Positions 46,615 to 55,590 of a stretch of DNA of 64,000 nucleotides are shown here, one piece after another. The notes under the pieces were generated by a model. It was not told the origin of the DNA. It made no database searches and saw only the letters and a program-made list of their open reading frames with translations. How positions within the stretch are numbered: position 1 is the first letter of the stretch; the number at the start of each line of letters is the position of its first letter. A program made the translations under genes and the position numbers. The stretch spans positions 386,942,001 through 387,006,000 of the forward strand of contig OZ024741.1 in the NCBI GenBank assembly GCA_964016885.1. Reading direction: 5' to 3'. Origin of the DNA: Eledone cirrhosa (lineage: Eukaryota).

Positions 46615-48896
46615 CCATCATCATCACCATCATCCTCATCATCATCACCATCATCATCACCATCACCACCATAATCACCATCATCATCTCTGACAGGCCT
46701 TTGGTAGTTTTGACGCTGAGTGCCGCGTGGCTAGAATGAAAATCACTGCTGCAAAAACTGAGACACTCGTCCTTTCAAGGATGCCTGTGTGGTGCACTTT
46801 ACATGTGAATGGAGTTCTACTGAAGCAGGTGCAGACGTTCAAGTATCTTGGGGCCATGTTCATGAGTGATGGAAGGCAAGAGGCTGAATTAATTGCAAGA
46901 ACTGCAGGAGCTGGTGCAGTAATGCACCAGCTCAGCATTAGGTAATCAGAAGAAGGGAGGTAGGTGTAAAAGCCAAACTTGGTATCTTCAATTCAGTATT
47001 TGTGCCAACCCTTACCTATGGTCATGAATCTTGGGTAATGACTGATTGCAAATACAAGCAACTGAAATGGGGTTACTCGATAGAGTGCGTAGCTTGGAGA
47101 TCAGAGAGTACTTCTGGGTAGAGCCACAACTTCTCCGAATTGAGAGATGACAGCTCTGATGCTATGGGCATGTGGTTAGAATGTCTCAGTAAAGAATCAC
47201 TGGAGAGATTTTACTGACAAAACCAACAAGTAGGAGACCTAGGGGTAGACGCCAAGCAAAATGGTTGGATAACATCTTGGCTGGTCTCAAGAAGGAGGAG
47301 GAGTGTGAGAAGAAGAAGAAGAAGAAGAGGAGGAGGAGGAGGAGGAGGAGGGGGGAGACCTTTAAATTGGGTGATTTTGTTTCACGGAACCAGAGCTGGT
47401 TTTTAGCAAGGTTGGTATCAAAATATCAAAAAGGTTAAACAGCTTACATTTAGACTCTTCTCAGATTGTAAATCATTAACTCTAGTCATTTTTCTTCTGA
47501 TGCTTTCCAAAGTATTCTTCACTATTTCTTCCTGTTTCTTTTCTTTCTCCCATTTTTCATGCAACATCTGTCTTCTCTGGCGACAAGCTCTTTCATTTTC
47601 CCCTTTGATTCTCATCATTTCCAGAATTTTCTGGTCCTGTACAGAAACAGATATGTATTTGGTTATATAGTTGGTAATATAGCAATGTATAGTCTAATTT
47701 AGTGTATAATACAGCGGTTGCCAACCAGTGGTCTGTGGACCACTGGTGGTCTGAGAGAAAACTTTGGTGGTCCACAGAAAAATGTGGACATTATTTGCAA
47801 TTTTTATGTTTTATTAATAATAAAACAAAAATATTCAGATAAAATATATTTTATAACATCCCTAAAACATGTTTCTCCTCAGTAAATAACTAACATCCAT
47901 GAAAGAATTTTACACATATGTATCATCTATCGACAATATGACACTTCAGTATTATTTTAACCATTAATTCATATAAGTGGTCTGCGGGATTTAAAATTAT
48001 GAATTTAGTGATCCATGAGGTCCAAAAGGTTGGCGACCACTAGTATAATGTATATTGCGAGAATGATTAGTAACTATATAGTGATATAAACTATTGTTGG
48101 ATAGTGGATATATAATGGTAAAAGCACATATGATAATACTGAAGGTATACAGAGTTCATAATTATACATAACATATATAATATATGAGAGAGAGATGTAT
48201 ACAGAGCAGATCTTAGAGAAGTAGGTATATATACTGGCAAAAGTTACTAGAGTCCACCAATAAAATGTATACACACTTCAAGAAAAGAAAAAAATTGTAT
48301 AAATATTTTAATACTAATTTACTACAGTAAACAGTATTATTGTAATTTCATCAAACTTCGAAAGAAGTATTTATATTTATAGAGGTACTTAAACAAGTTA
48401 AATATTTATACAAGTTTTTCTTTTCCAGAAGTGTGTATACATTTTGGGAGCAGATTCTGTGAAAAACTAGAAAAACCTTTAATCCTTTAGCATTTACATT
48501 ACTCTATATTTACTATTGTATTTTTATGGTAAAGGCTTTAGCTTACATAATTATCTCATATAATATTGAATCTATAAGATTTTTGTTATCTTTTTTGAAA
48601 AAAATACCATTAAGATATCTATGAGCGGCTGGTTATGGCCAGTTTGAACAGAAACAAGTGAAAGAGTTCTGGCCGGATATGGCTGTTTAAATGCTAAAGG
48701 GTTAAAACAACAAACAAAAAAACAAATTACCTTTGGAGACAATTTCAGTTTTCTTTTTGAACTTGATGTTAATTTCTCTTTCCTACTGTTGCAGCTGTTC
48801 AGTGGTATACTTTTCTTTGGAAGACTGCTCAGTAATGGGTCCCTCTTGGGAGATGGTGGTGCACTAGACATCAGAGAACTCTCAGCAGCACTTTTC
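35001..48896 (-). CDS. Multi-exon gene (partial), CCDC177/CCDC185-like (DUF4659) coiled-coil protein; exons 48896-48731, 47636-47448, 45582-45469, 43331-43278, 42817-42692, 39715-39642, 38538-38431, 35103-35001
   Basis: All eight exons have AG/GT boundaries and join in one open frame (phases 2-0,0-0,0-0,0-0,0-0,0-2,2-2,2-0). DQKILEMMRIKGENERACRQRRQMLHEKWE aligns gaplessly to the CCDC177 motif as I recall it ([30 protein letters not shown]). Downstream KRHQEEKL and IEQQQGQVMGNLEKMANER also resemble the family. Family call is from memory, not a search. Confidence 0.8.
35425..35520 (+). mobile_element. 3' half of a short tRNA-derived SINE (family A in this window)
   Basis: tttgcctttcatccttacggggtcgataaaataaagtaccag...gctggccttgtgcc..tagaaacaatt is shared with copies at 41769, 46381, 48970, 50556 and 57480. 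Confidence 0.85.
36250..36510 (-). mobile_element. 3' part of SINE family B (tail ending in (GAT)n)
   Basis: ggcttgatttctacagctggatgcccttcctaacaccaacctcattt matches the copies at 45720 and 51308. Related fragments at ~39770-40070, 49500-49990, 52730-53100 and 53420-53640. Confidence 0.8.
36530..36960 (-). pseudogene. 5'-truncated RTE-clade LINE, C-terminal region downstream of the RT core
   Basis: KGRLY...MLHGSETWAL...RRLHWYGHVMRM...GRGVGRPKKTWDEV motifs typical of RTE-clade ORF2 C-termini. Confidence 0.88.
37137..37680. repeat. (CAT/CAC)n low-complexity tract with an internal ~120-bp tandem duplication
   Basis: atcctcatcaa(c/t)acagccaccacc...accctcactaccac occurs twice (~37282 and ~37400). 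Confidence 0.92.
38044..38327 (+). mobile_element. tRNA-derived SINE with a central domain resembling Meta/V-type SINE domains
   Basis: A-box-like tggcctaatgg and degenerate B-box gggtttcattcc. The central gatgaagtggcattctgtccagtggggag..tactctcagtcgcttaataccacaaaaaccaggataagcaccggcctgatgagcc resembles conserved metazoan SINE central domains (from memory). Confidence 0.7.
38431..38538 (-). CDS. Coding exon (108 nt): NMCTNLSQTIEQQQGQVMGNLEKMANERIALQKYK(R)
   Basis: Acceptor ggcttttag, donor acg|gtaaac; phase 2-2 fits both neighbours. Confidence 0.82.
38795..38898 (-). mobile_element. SINE 5' head, same family as 38044, inverted orientation
   Basis: Reverse strand has B-box gggttcgattcc and a 25-nt exact match cctggactgggttgtgtgttgtgtt to 38107-38131. 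Confidence 0.8.
39642..39715 (-). CDS. Coding exon (74 nt): KMKKSNTERFNKCKTQKQILNTEE(R)
   Basis: Acceptor ttctacttgttacag, donor aag|gtttgt; phase 0 in, 2 out. Confidence 0.78.
41045..41165 (-). mobile_element. tRNA-derived SINE head
   Basis: Reverse strand tggcttaatggttagag..gagttcatttccc..tgtccttgagtaagatactttatttcatgttgctc, similar to heads at 46049 and 55091. Confidence 0.75.
41355..41512 (-). mobile_element. SINE family A copy
   Basis: tttatcgacc..aaaggatgaaaggcaaagttgacctcggcgggatttgaactcaga (B-box gagttcaaatcc on minus strand). Confidence 0.8.
41649..42056 (+). mobile_element. piggyBac-type MITE interrupted by a SINE
   Basis: Starts TTAA-CCTTTTAGCCTTTA; body matches the intact copy at 48479-48705; SINE inserted at 41769-41950. 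Confidence 0.8.
41769..41950 (+). mobile_element. Full-length SINE family A (~185 bp) with target-site duplication
   Basis: A-box tggcagtatcgg, B-box gagttcaaatcc; attatttatttt repeated at 41755-41766 and 41951-41962. Confidence 0.88.
42053..42561 (-). mobile_element. piggyBac-type MITE in opposite orientation with a ~300-bp internal insertion
   Basis: TTAACCCTTTAGCATTTAAA at 42053 and TAAATGCTAAAGGGTTA at ~42545-42561; body matches 51040-51248 on both sides of ~42215-42512. Confidence 0.8.
42692..42817 (-). CDS. Coding exon (126 nt): EEKLQDLTKEEELMKKMLQRKQESDIMRASQKKQTMVAENVA
   Basis: Acceptor attattgtgtag, donor gct|gtatgt; coiled-coil-like sequence in phase 0. Confidence 0.82.
42845..43155. 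repeat. (CA/TA)n compound dinucleotide microsatellite with a 120-bp internal duplication
   Basis: acaaacacacacaagcatgcaaac at 42961 and 43081. Confidence 0.93.
43278..43331 (-). CDS. Coding exon (54 nt): EVERVQIRSSRNQKKRHQ
   Basis: Acceptor ttattcttttgcag, donor cag|gtaaac; symmetric phase 0 joins RK|EVER..HQ|EEKL. Confidence 0.72.
43840..44200. repeat. 37-bp minisatellite (GATGTCAAATTGATCCAAGGTGTCACAACACAATCAA), ~9-10 copies
   Basis: gatgtcaaa at 44069 and 44106 (period 37). Confidence 0.92.
44480..45460. repeat. (ACA)n/ACCACTACA trinucleotide-based microsatellite, ~1 kb
   Basis: Direct reading; ends a few nt from the donor of exon 45469. Confidence 0.95.
45469..45582 (-). CDS. Coding exon (114 nt): EIWEEESKIFEDIDGSTDADSGCMVHRSDQLLEELIRK
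   Basis: Acceptor tttgttttgaag, donor aag|gtcagt; only phase 0 is open. Confidence 0.78.
45720..46049 (-). mobile_element. Full-length SINE family B (~330 bp): tRNA-like head, internal hairpin, (GAT)n tail
   Basis: Minus strand tggcttagtggttagagcattggccttgcaatcgaaaggttgtgagttcaattctc (A/B boxes); near-identical to 51308-51635. Confidence 0.88.
46381..46569 (-). mobile_element. Full-length SINE family A
   Basis: Reverse complement of the 41769 copy (ggcggtggattggcagtattggtagagg...gagttcaaatcccgcc...tagaaacaat). Confidence 0.85.
46693..47290 (+). pseudogene. Degenerate 3' fragment of an RTE-clade LINE (RT end and C-terminal domain)
   Basis: MKITAAKTETLV...FKYLGAMF...AKLGIFNSVFVPTLTYGHESWVMT...YGHVVRM...RRPRGR with stops and frameshifts; followed by a (GAA/GAG)n tract. 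Confidence 0.88.
47448..47636 (-). CDS. Coding exon (189 nt): DQKILEMMRIKGENERACRQRRQMLHEKWEKEKKQEEIVKNTLESIRRKMTRVNDLQSEKSLN
   Basis: Acceptor tgtttctgtacag, donor aat|gtaagc; 63 open codons carrying the DUF4659-like motif. Confidence 0.9.
47712..48042. mobile_element. hAT (Charlie-like) MITE, 331 bp
   Basis: TIRs CAGCGGTTGCCAACC / GGTTGGCGACCACTA; 8-bp TSD GTATAATA / GTATAATG (7/8 match). Confidence 0.82.
48248..48460. mobile_element. Tc1/mariner-like foldback MITE
   Basis: Long imperfect inverted repeats aaaatgtatacacacttc..gaaaagaaaaa..ttgtataaatattt versus aaatatttatacaagtttttcttttc..gaagtgtgtatacatttt; superfamily inferred. Confidence 0.62.
48479..48705 (+). mobile_element. Intact piggyBac-type MITE (~220 bp)
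   Basis: TTAA-TCCTTTAGCATTTA ... TAAATGCTAAAGGG-TTAA: TTAA target duplication and CCC/GGG-type TIR ends. Confidence 0.88.
48731..48896 (-). CDS. Coding exon (166 nt): KSAAESSLMSSAPPSPKRDPLLSSLPKKSIPLNSCNSRKEKLTSSSKRKLKLSPK
   Basis: Acceptor ttttcttgatgcag, donor aag|gtaatt; phase 2 in, phase 0 out. Confidence 0.8.
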
Positions 48897-48969
48897 CTGC
48901 ATCAAGAAAAAAAATGACTGGCATATTGTTTCACCATATTTGAAAATCATTATTGTTATTTATTCCTTA

Positions 48970-49170
48970 GGGCAACATCAGACAACATGCTTCAAGGCAT
49001 AGAGTTACGTCTTTTTACATTCCGATTTCAAATCCTGCCAAGGTTAGCTTTACCTTTCATCCTCAGGGGGTTGATAAAATAAAATACCAGTAACGCATTG
49101 AGGTCAATTTAATCGACTTTCCCCTACCCGAAAATTGTTGGCCTTCTGCCTAAATCAAAAACCTTTATTA
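48970..49170 (+). mobile_element. SINE family A-related copy (longer variant)
   Basis: ttcaaatcctgccaaggttagctttacctttcatcc..gttgataaaataaaataccag..ggccttctgcc. Confidence 0.75.
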
Positions 49171-50044
49171 TATATTCTTTATACATTACCATGTGGCTGA
49201 GTTAACCTATGACTTCAAACGTTGAGTCGACTGAAGACTTCTAAATAAAATTTGGTAGACAGAAATAGTGTAGATGCCTATCATATATATATGATGATTT
49301 CTGCAGACCCCAATTTTAAAAAGAATATATAATTTATTTTGTATGAACTAATTTCTTTTCTTTGTGTACTGTAAATCTGCATGTAATTATTTTTAAAAAA
49401 ACATTAGGTTCATCTTCAACTCCTTAGTATTAGTTTTCCTGTATAATGTGATATGTGCAGAATTCTTTAATTTTCTAACCTTTTAATGGTGTATCACATT
49501 ATCATCATCATTTTACATCTACTTTTCTATACTACCATGTGTTGGTTGGATAATTAAAGACTATGTTAGTAGTTAATCAGAGCTACTGCCTTTCTAGAGG
49601 GGCTGGGGGAATACGTCTCACATTGCAGTTTTGGTATGATTTCTCTGGCTGGATGCCCTTCCTAATGTCAACCATTTTATAAAGTGTACTGGAGGCATTT
49701 TATCATGGCACCAGCACTAAAGAGGTTGTCATGTTCTTAACACAAGTGAAGAGTTCTCTCAACAATTTTTTGGCATGGGTTCTACAACTAGATGTCCTTC
49801 TTAATGCCAGTTACTGTATAAAGTGTACTGGAGGAATTTTATCATGACACTAGCACTAGTGAGGTTGTCTCGTCTTTAACACAACTGAAGAGTTCTCTCA
49901 ACTATTTTTTTGGCATGGGTTCTACATCTAGATGCCTTTCTGAATGCCAGCCACTTTTCAGAATATGTACTGGAACCATTGTATCATTCAACCAACTGTA
50001 GGGAGATATATCTGCATGATGATTGTGAAAATGGTGTATTGACC

Positions 50045-50470
50045 AATGTTGAACATTTGCATGTTGAAGGTGAAGGTCACAAGGTTAACATGAGTCTCAT
50101 TTAACATCTGCATACTAAAGATTAAGGTCACAATGTCTACATGACCAACATTGAACATCAGCATGTTAAATGTGAAGGTCACAAGGTCAACATGACTGAC
50201 ATTGAACATCTGTATGTTGAAAGTGAAGGTCACAAGGTTAACAGGACATTGAACATCTGTATGTCGATGGTGAAGGTCCCAATGCCCTCATGACCCTAAC
50301 TGAACATTTGCATGTTGAAGGTAAAGGTCACAAGCTCAGCATGAGCCTAACTAAACATCCTCATCTTGAAGGTGAAGATCACAAGGTCAACATGACCCTA
50401 ACTGAACATCTGCATGTTAAAGGTCACAAGGTCATCATGACCCTAACTGAACATCTGCATGCTGAAGATG
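50045..50470. repeat. 51-bp minisatellite (GAACATCTGCATGTTGAAGGTGAAGGTCACAAGGTCAACATGACCCTAACT), ~9 copies
   Basis: Unit starts at 50051, 50102, 50153, 50204, 50251, 50302, 50353, 50404 and 50449. Confidence 0.9.
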
Positions 50471-50555
50471 TCTGTAGGAAAATCATAGACAAGGAGGAGG
50501 GAGTTTCAGAAAGTTGTAACATCAATGACTAACACTCCAAGAATAACAATAATAA

Positions 50556-51035
50556 TAATAATTGTTTCTACGTTAGGCACAAGGCCAGCAATTACTCAGT
50601 ACATTACTGGTACTTTATTTTATCGACCCCGTAAGGATGAAAGGCAAAGGCAAAGTCAACAATAATAATAATAATTGTTTCTACTTTAGGCACAAGGCCA
50701 GCAATTACCCAGTGCGTTACTGGTACTTTATTTCATCGACCCCGTAAGGATGAAAGGCAAAGTCAACCTCGGCGGGATTTGAACTCAGATCGTAAAGGGA
50801 CATAACTATGCTGGAAAGCATAACGTCCGACCCTCTACCGATACTGCCAATCCGCCGAATAATGATTAATAATAATAATTCTTTCTAATGCCAGCAATTT
50901 GGGGGAAGGGGAAAGTTTATTATATCAACCCAAATACTTTACAGGTACTTTATTTTATTGAGGCAACTGACTTTGGTGCAATTCGAACTCAGAACGTAAA
51001 AAGTTGTAACTAAACACCTAAAGTAGTTTGTCTGA
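50556..51035 (-). mobile_element. Cluster of SINE family A copies (truncated duplicate, full copy 50670-50858, older copy to ~51035)
   Basis: attgtttcta..ggcacaaggccagcaattac..gtactttattttatcgaccccgtaaggatgaaaggcaaag occurs twice in tandem. Confidence 0.83.
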
Positions 51036-51039
51036 CACT

Positions 51040-51248
51040 TTAACCCTTTAGCATTTAAACTGACTGTATCCAGCTTGGATTCTCTCACCTCTTTCTGTTC
51101 AAGCTAGCCGTAACTGGCCACTCATATAAGGTATTATTCTCAAAATAAATAACATCAAAATCTTATAGATTCAATATTATGTGAGATAAAGCTTTTACCA
51201 TGAAAATACAATAGTAAATATAGAGTAATGTAAATACTAAAGAGTTAA
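51040..51248 (-). mobile_element. piggyBac-type MITE
   Basis: TTAACCCTTTAGCATTTA ... TAAATACTAAAGAGTTAA; reverse complement of the 48479 copy. Confidence 0.86.
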
Positions 51249-51307
51249 TGGTTTCCGCCCTGTTCCTTACATAGGCACAAGGCCAGAGGGCTTCATCATT
51301 TCATCAT

Positions 51308-51635
51308 TTCATTTTACGTCCGCTTTTCCATGCTTGCAAGGGTGGGACGGGAACTGATTCTGGCTTGATTTCTACAGCTGGATGCCCTTCCTAACACCAA
51401 CCTCATTTACAGTGAGTGCTGGGTGCTTTTTTGCCGTGGCACCGCCACGACCATTTTACAGTGCAATGATAGGGACCCCAGTCCCTATCATCTCATTTCT
51501 ACAGCTGAGTAAACTGGAGCAATGTGAAATAAAGTGTCTTGCTCAAGGAAACAACACATCACCCGGTCTGAGAATTGAACTCACAACCTTTCGGTTGCAA
51601 GGCCAATGCTTTAACCACTAAGTCATGTGCCTCCA
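51308..51635 (-). mobile_element. Full-length SINE family B
   Basis: Near-identical to 45720-46049 (the 79-aa ORFs at 45796 and 51382 differ at only 3 residues). Confidence 0.88.
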
Positions 51636-52265
51636 TAGTTAAATTGACCCCAGTATGTGGCTGGTACTTTATTTTATTGACCCCAGGCCAAGTCAACCTT
51701 TGAACAAAGAAGGTAAAGGTAGACAAGATATATTGTTCACATCTTCACCGATCCCACCAATGAAATTCTTATACAGCTGTATCAAATAACAACAACAATA
51801 ATAGTAAGAACAACAAAATAACATGGTTGCTTAACCTGTTAGAAATAGCAGTCAAATGTACCTAAAATCACAACTTAGTATCATAGAAAAGATGTATTGG
51901 ATAATGAAATGTTGGCATGGAAACAACTGGACATTCTTTGACAGGCTATCAGCTCATTCAGGACTGATCTGGGGCTAAACAACAACAACAACAACAACAA
52001 CTACAATACCAACAACACAGGGAGTGAATGATAGATTGACTGTCAGACAAACATGCATATGTACACAGAATATTTTCTATTTTAGAACAGTAATTAAGTA
52101 CAAATATGTCTATATATATAGAGAGAGAGAGAATTTAGTATATCTACTAACATATGCGTACAGATGTACGCTAATGCTAGCAAATACTAATTAGTTGGAG
52201 TGAAAATTTTAGTAAGTAAGTTAATTTTTTAAAAATTTTTTAAAATTTTCTTATTTTACGTCTTT

Positions 52266-52517
<252 letters not shown>

Positions 52518-52767
52518 TGATGGTAGCTAAGATGCTTACATAGGCGGTATGCTGGTTGAGCACTCTATGCTCTTACAGAGCAGAGTATGATAGAATATAA
52601 AACAACAGAATCAGACAGATCCACACAATGATCACGTCTCGAGCTGTCCACCGGGGAAACAATTGTAACACACAATAAATTGACTTCAGATGCATCACTA
52701 TCTATCATCATCATCATCGTCATCATCATCATCATTTTACGTCCGCTTTTCCCTGCTTGCAAGGGTG

Positions 52768-52799
<32 letters not shown>

Positions 52800-52810
52800 G
52801 GGGAGGGTCA

Positions 52811-52853
<43 letters not shown>

Positions 52854-53142
52854 TCATCATCACCACTTTTTAACGTCCATGCTAGCATGGGTTAGATGAG
52901 TAGTCCTTTGTGAGATAGGCCAGGTCAGATGACTATGTCTTGCTCATACAGAACTGATTTAGTGTGTACTGGATGCTTTTTGTTGTAATAACTACACAAA
53001 CACTTTACAGTATGGGTTGGCTGCTTTTTGTTGTGACACCTACACGACCACTTTACAGTGTGGATGAGGTGCTTTTTTGTTATGTCATCAACACAACCAT
53101 TTTATATATATATATTGTTCCATGCCCACAAACTCGAACTCA

Positions 53143-53226
53143 CATATCTGATGAGATGCCAATGCTGAGTCGTGCCCCATTATGATTTAACCCTGAGCTG
53201 ATCCATATTGAAACAATTGTCATATG
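53143..53226 (+). ncRNA. Type I hammerhead ribozyme-like motif (Penelope-like/retrozyme type)
   Basis: CATAT-CTGATGA-G..(55 nt)..T-GAAA-C-AATT-G-TC-ATATG. Core boxes are in the correct order, stem I is CATAT/ATATG, stem III is the palindromic ACAATTGT, and AATAAA follows at 53228. Stem II is weak. Confidence 0.62.
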
Positions 53227-53934
53227 CAATAAAGTTTATTTATGGTTCATCCTTCACTTCCTTCCTGCTTACTTGTATTTACACTGTGTGTGTGTTAGCC
53301 CTGGAATACACTGAAATATAAACCCCGCATGTTATGGACCCTTGCTTTATCCTGTGAACCACCTGTAACTATAGTTACGCACATATCTACCATATGTATA
53401 TGTATATTTATACATATCGTCATCATCATCATCATTTAACGCTAGCATGGGTTAGACGGGTTTGGCACATTAGAGGCAAGTTGAGTCAGGTGACTGTGTC
53501 TTGCTCATATAGGTCTGGCTAGATGTTTACGGCTGGGTGCTCTTCCTAACACCAACCACATTTACTGTGTGTGCTCTGTGCTTTTTGTTGTGTCTCCTAC
53601 ACAACCAATTTACAGTGTGGGCTGGGTGCTTTTAGTCGTGATATATATACACACAAACACTTGCTCACTAAACAGTGTTACCACCAAAGAAATGGAGATA
53701 TTTAAAATAATAATAACACAAACAAAAAACTATTGTGAAAAGAAGTCACAGGGAGTTATCTCCAGTATGTGGGGGGATTATATCAAGTGGAAAGATTATC
53801 ATAAATTGCGTCTAAACAGATTTAAAACATTTTCATTAAGCCATTTGTTATTCATTTAATTATCAAATTGATTCTTTCCCCAAGTCAAGGTTAAGTTTTA
53901 GTTGCTTAGGCTTGGATCAACCTTGATTACATAG

Positions 53935-54225
53935 ACCTTGTGATCAAAGTTGTTTCAGTCATCTTGTGATCAAAGGTACTCCAACTGTGATCATTCCCCC
54001 TTGTGATCAAAGGTACTGCTCACTCCATCTTGTGATCAAATGTGTCCCAGCAGTCCTCACCCCATCTTGTGATCAAATGTCTTCCAGATGTCCTCATTCC
54101 ATCTCGTGATCAAATTTGTTCCAGATGTCCTCATTTGATCACAAGATCAAATGTGTTCCAGATGTCCTCACTCGATCTTGTGATCAAATGTGCTCCAGAT
54201 GTCCTCATTCTATCTTGTGATCAAA
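53935..54225. repeat. 37-bp minisatellite (ATCTTGTGATCAAATGTGTTCCAGATGTCCTCACTCC), ~8 copies
   Basis: TGATCA at 54033, 54070, 54107, 54181 and 54218. Confidence 0.88.
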
Positions 54226-54229
54226 GACA

Positions 54230-54860
54230 CACCACCACCAAACACTGCCACAACAATTATACACCATCACCACCACTACCATAATAACTAGATACAACTA
54301 CCACAACTACAGAAGTACAACACCAGCCACACTGTATTATACTACCCCTACTGCACCATCACCACCACAACAGCGACAACTATTACTACTATTACAACAC
54401 TGTACTATACAACACTACTACACAAACAACAACATTGTATTAGGTGATTTACTACTACAACTACAAACCTCCACCAAACCAACCCCACAACTACATAGCA
54501 CCACCACAACAACAACAACACATTTCCACTACACACTACCACCACCATCACAACACGTTTCCACTACACACTACCACTGCCACAACACACTACCACCACA
54601 ACAACAACAAAACACTTCCACTATACACCACCACCAGCACCACTACTACCACAACAACAACACGTTTCCACTACACACTACCACAACACACTACCACCAC
54701 AACAACAAAACACTTCCACTACACACCACCACCATCACCACTACTACAACAACAACAACAACGTTTCCACTACCACAACACACTACCACCACCACCGCAA
54801 CAACAAAACACTTCCACTACACACCACCACAAGGCCAAAACGACGACAACAACGACGACA
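54230..54860. repeat. CAC/ACA-rich low-complexity tract with repeated ttccactacac motif
   Basis: Direct reading. Confidence 0.85.
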
Positions 54861-54871
54861 TTATTACCTAC

Positions 54872-54957
54872 CAATCTGAGACGGTATCGGTATGTTCACT
54901 CAACAGTACAGGTGAAGCAGTACCAGAAGATTCTTCAGAAGTTATTAAAATCCCCAT
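54872..54957 (-). CDS. Candidate first coding exon of the same gene: MGILITSEESSGTASPVLLSEHTDTVSD(W)
   Basis: ATG at 54957 preceded by an in-frame stop. Donor ttg|gtaggt gives phase 2, matching the 48896 exon. A competing donor 4 nt downstream would create a stop. No homology support. Confidence 0.4.
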
Positions 54958-55090
54958 CTTCACTTTTTTCTCTTATTGCTTTTGTCTTCCTGGTACTTTT
55001 ACTTTCGTTTTGCTGTTATGTTGTTGTTGTGTTCCTAATTGTTCATGTATCTGTATGTAAATACATATACCTATATATATGTACCTCTCT

Positions 55091-55590
55091 GAAGGCTTAG
55101 TGGTTAAGGGGTGTTCGAATCACAGTTGTAAGGTCATTAGTTCGATTCCCGGACTCGGCATCACAATGTGTAGTGCTGTGTCCTTGAAGAAGTGACTTTA
55201 TTTCACGTTGCTCCAGTCCACTACCCACAATACCACAACAGAGTTGTTTCTGTGTATTATATTTATAAGGTTCCTAGCAGCAATAATTAACTGATTATAT
55301 GCATGTATTTCTATTTAATCTTATTTATTTGTTATACGATAATAAAAATGTGTTATATTAACTTTCCCAGCTGACATAGTCATCACAGTCGTAGATATTC
55401 AATTCAAAAGTACTGGCCTTGTCACACCACATACTGTATCACGGTGAATCTGTCCGTGTCTCTCCGTGAGAACTACGTGACTGTGGGATGCTCTGCCATT
55501 TTCGTGTTAATTCCAGCAGCAAGAGCAAGCTCTTCCGTTGTTCCAACAACAGTGGAGGAACTCGTCGCTGAAATCAGCGGTGTTCCAACA
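55091..55590 (+). mobile_element. Degenerate tRNA-derived SINE (head 55091-55222, body resumes ~55365-55590)
   Basis: ggcttagtggtt A-box, gttcgattcc B-box, then tgtgtccttga..actttatttcacgttgctccagtccact as in other heads here; assignment of the body segment is from recall. Confidence 0.68.

Noticed and set aside
49187-49240. Possible extra minus-strand exon (AG...GT bounded)
   Set aside because: Stop codons in all three frames before the donor.
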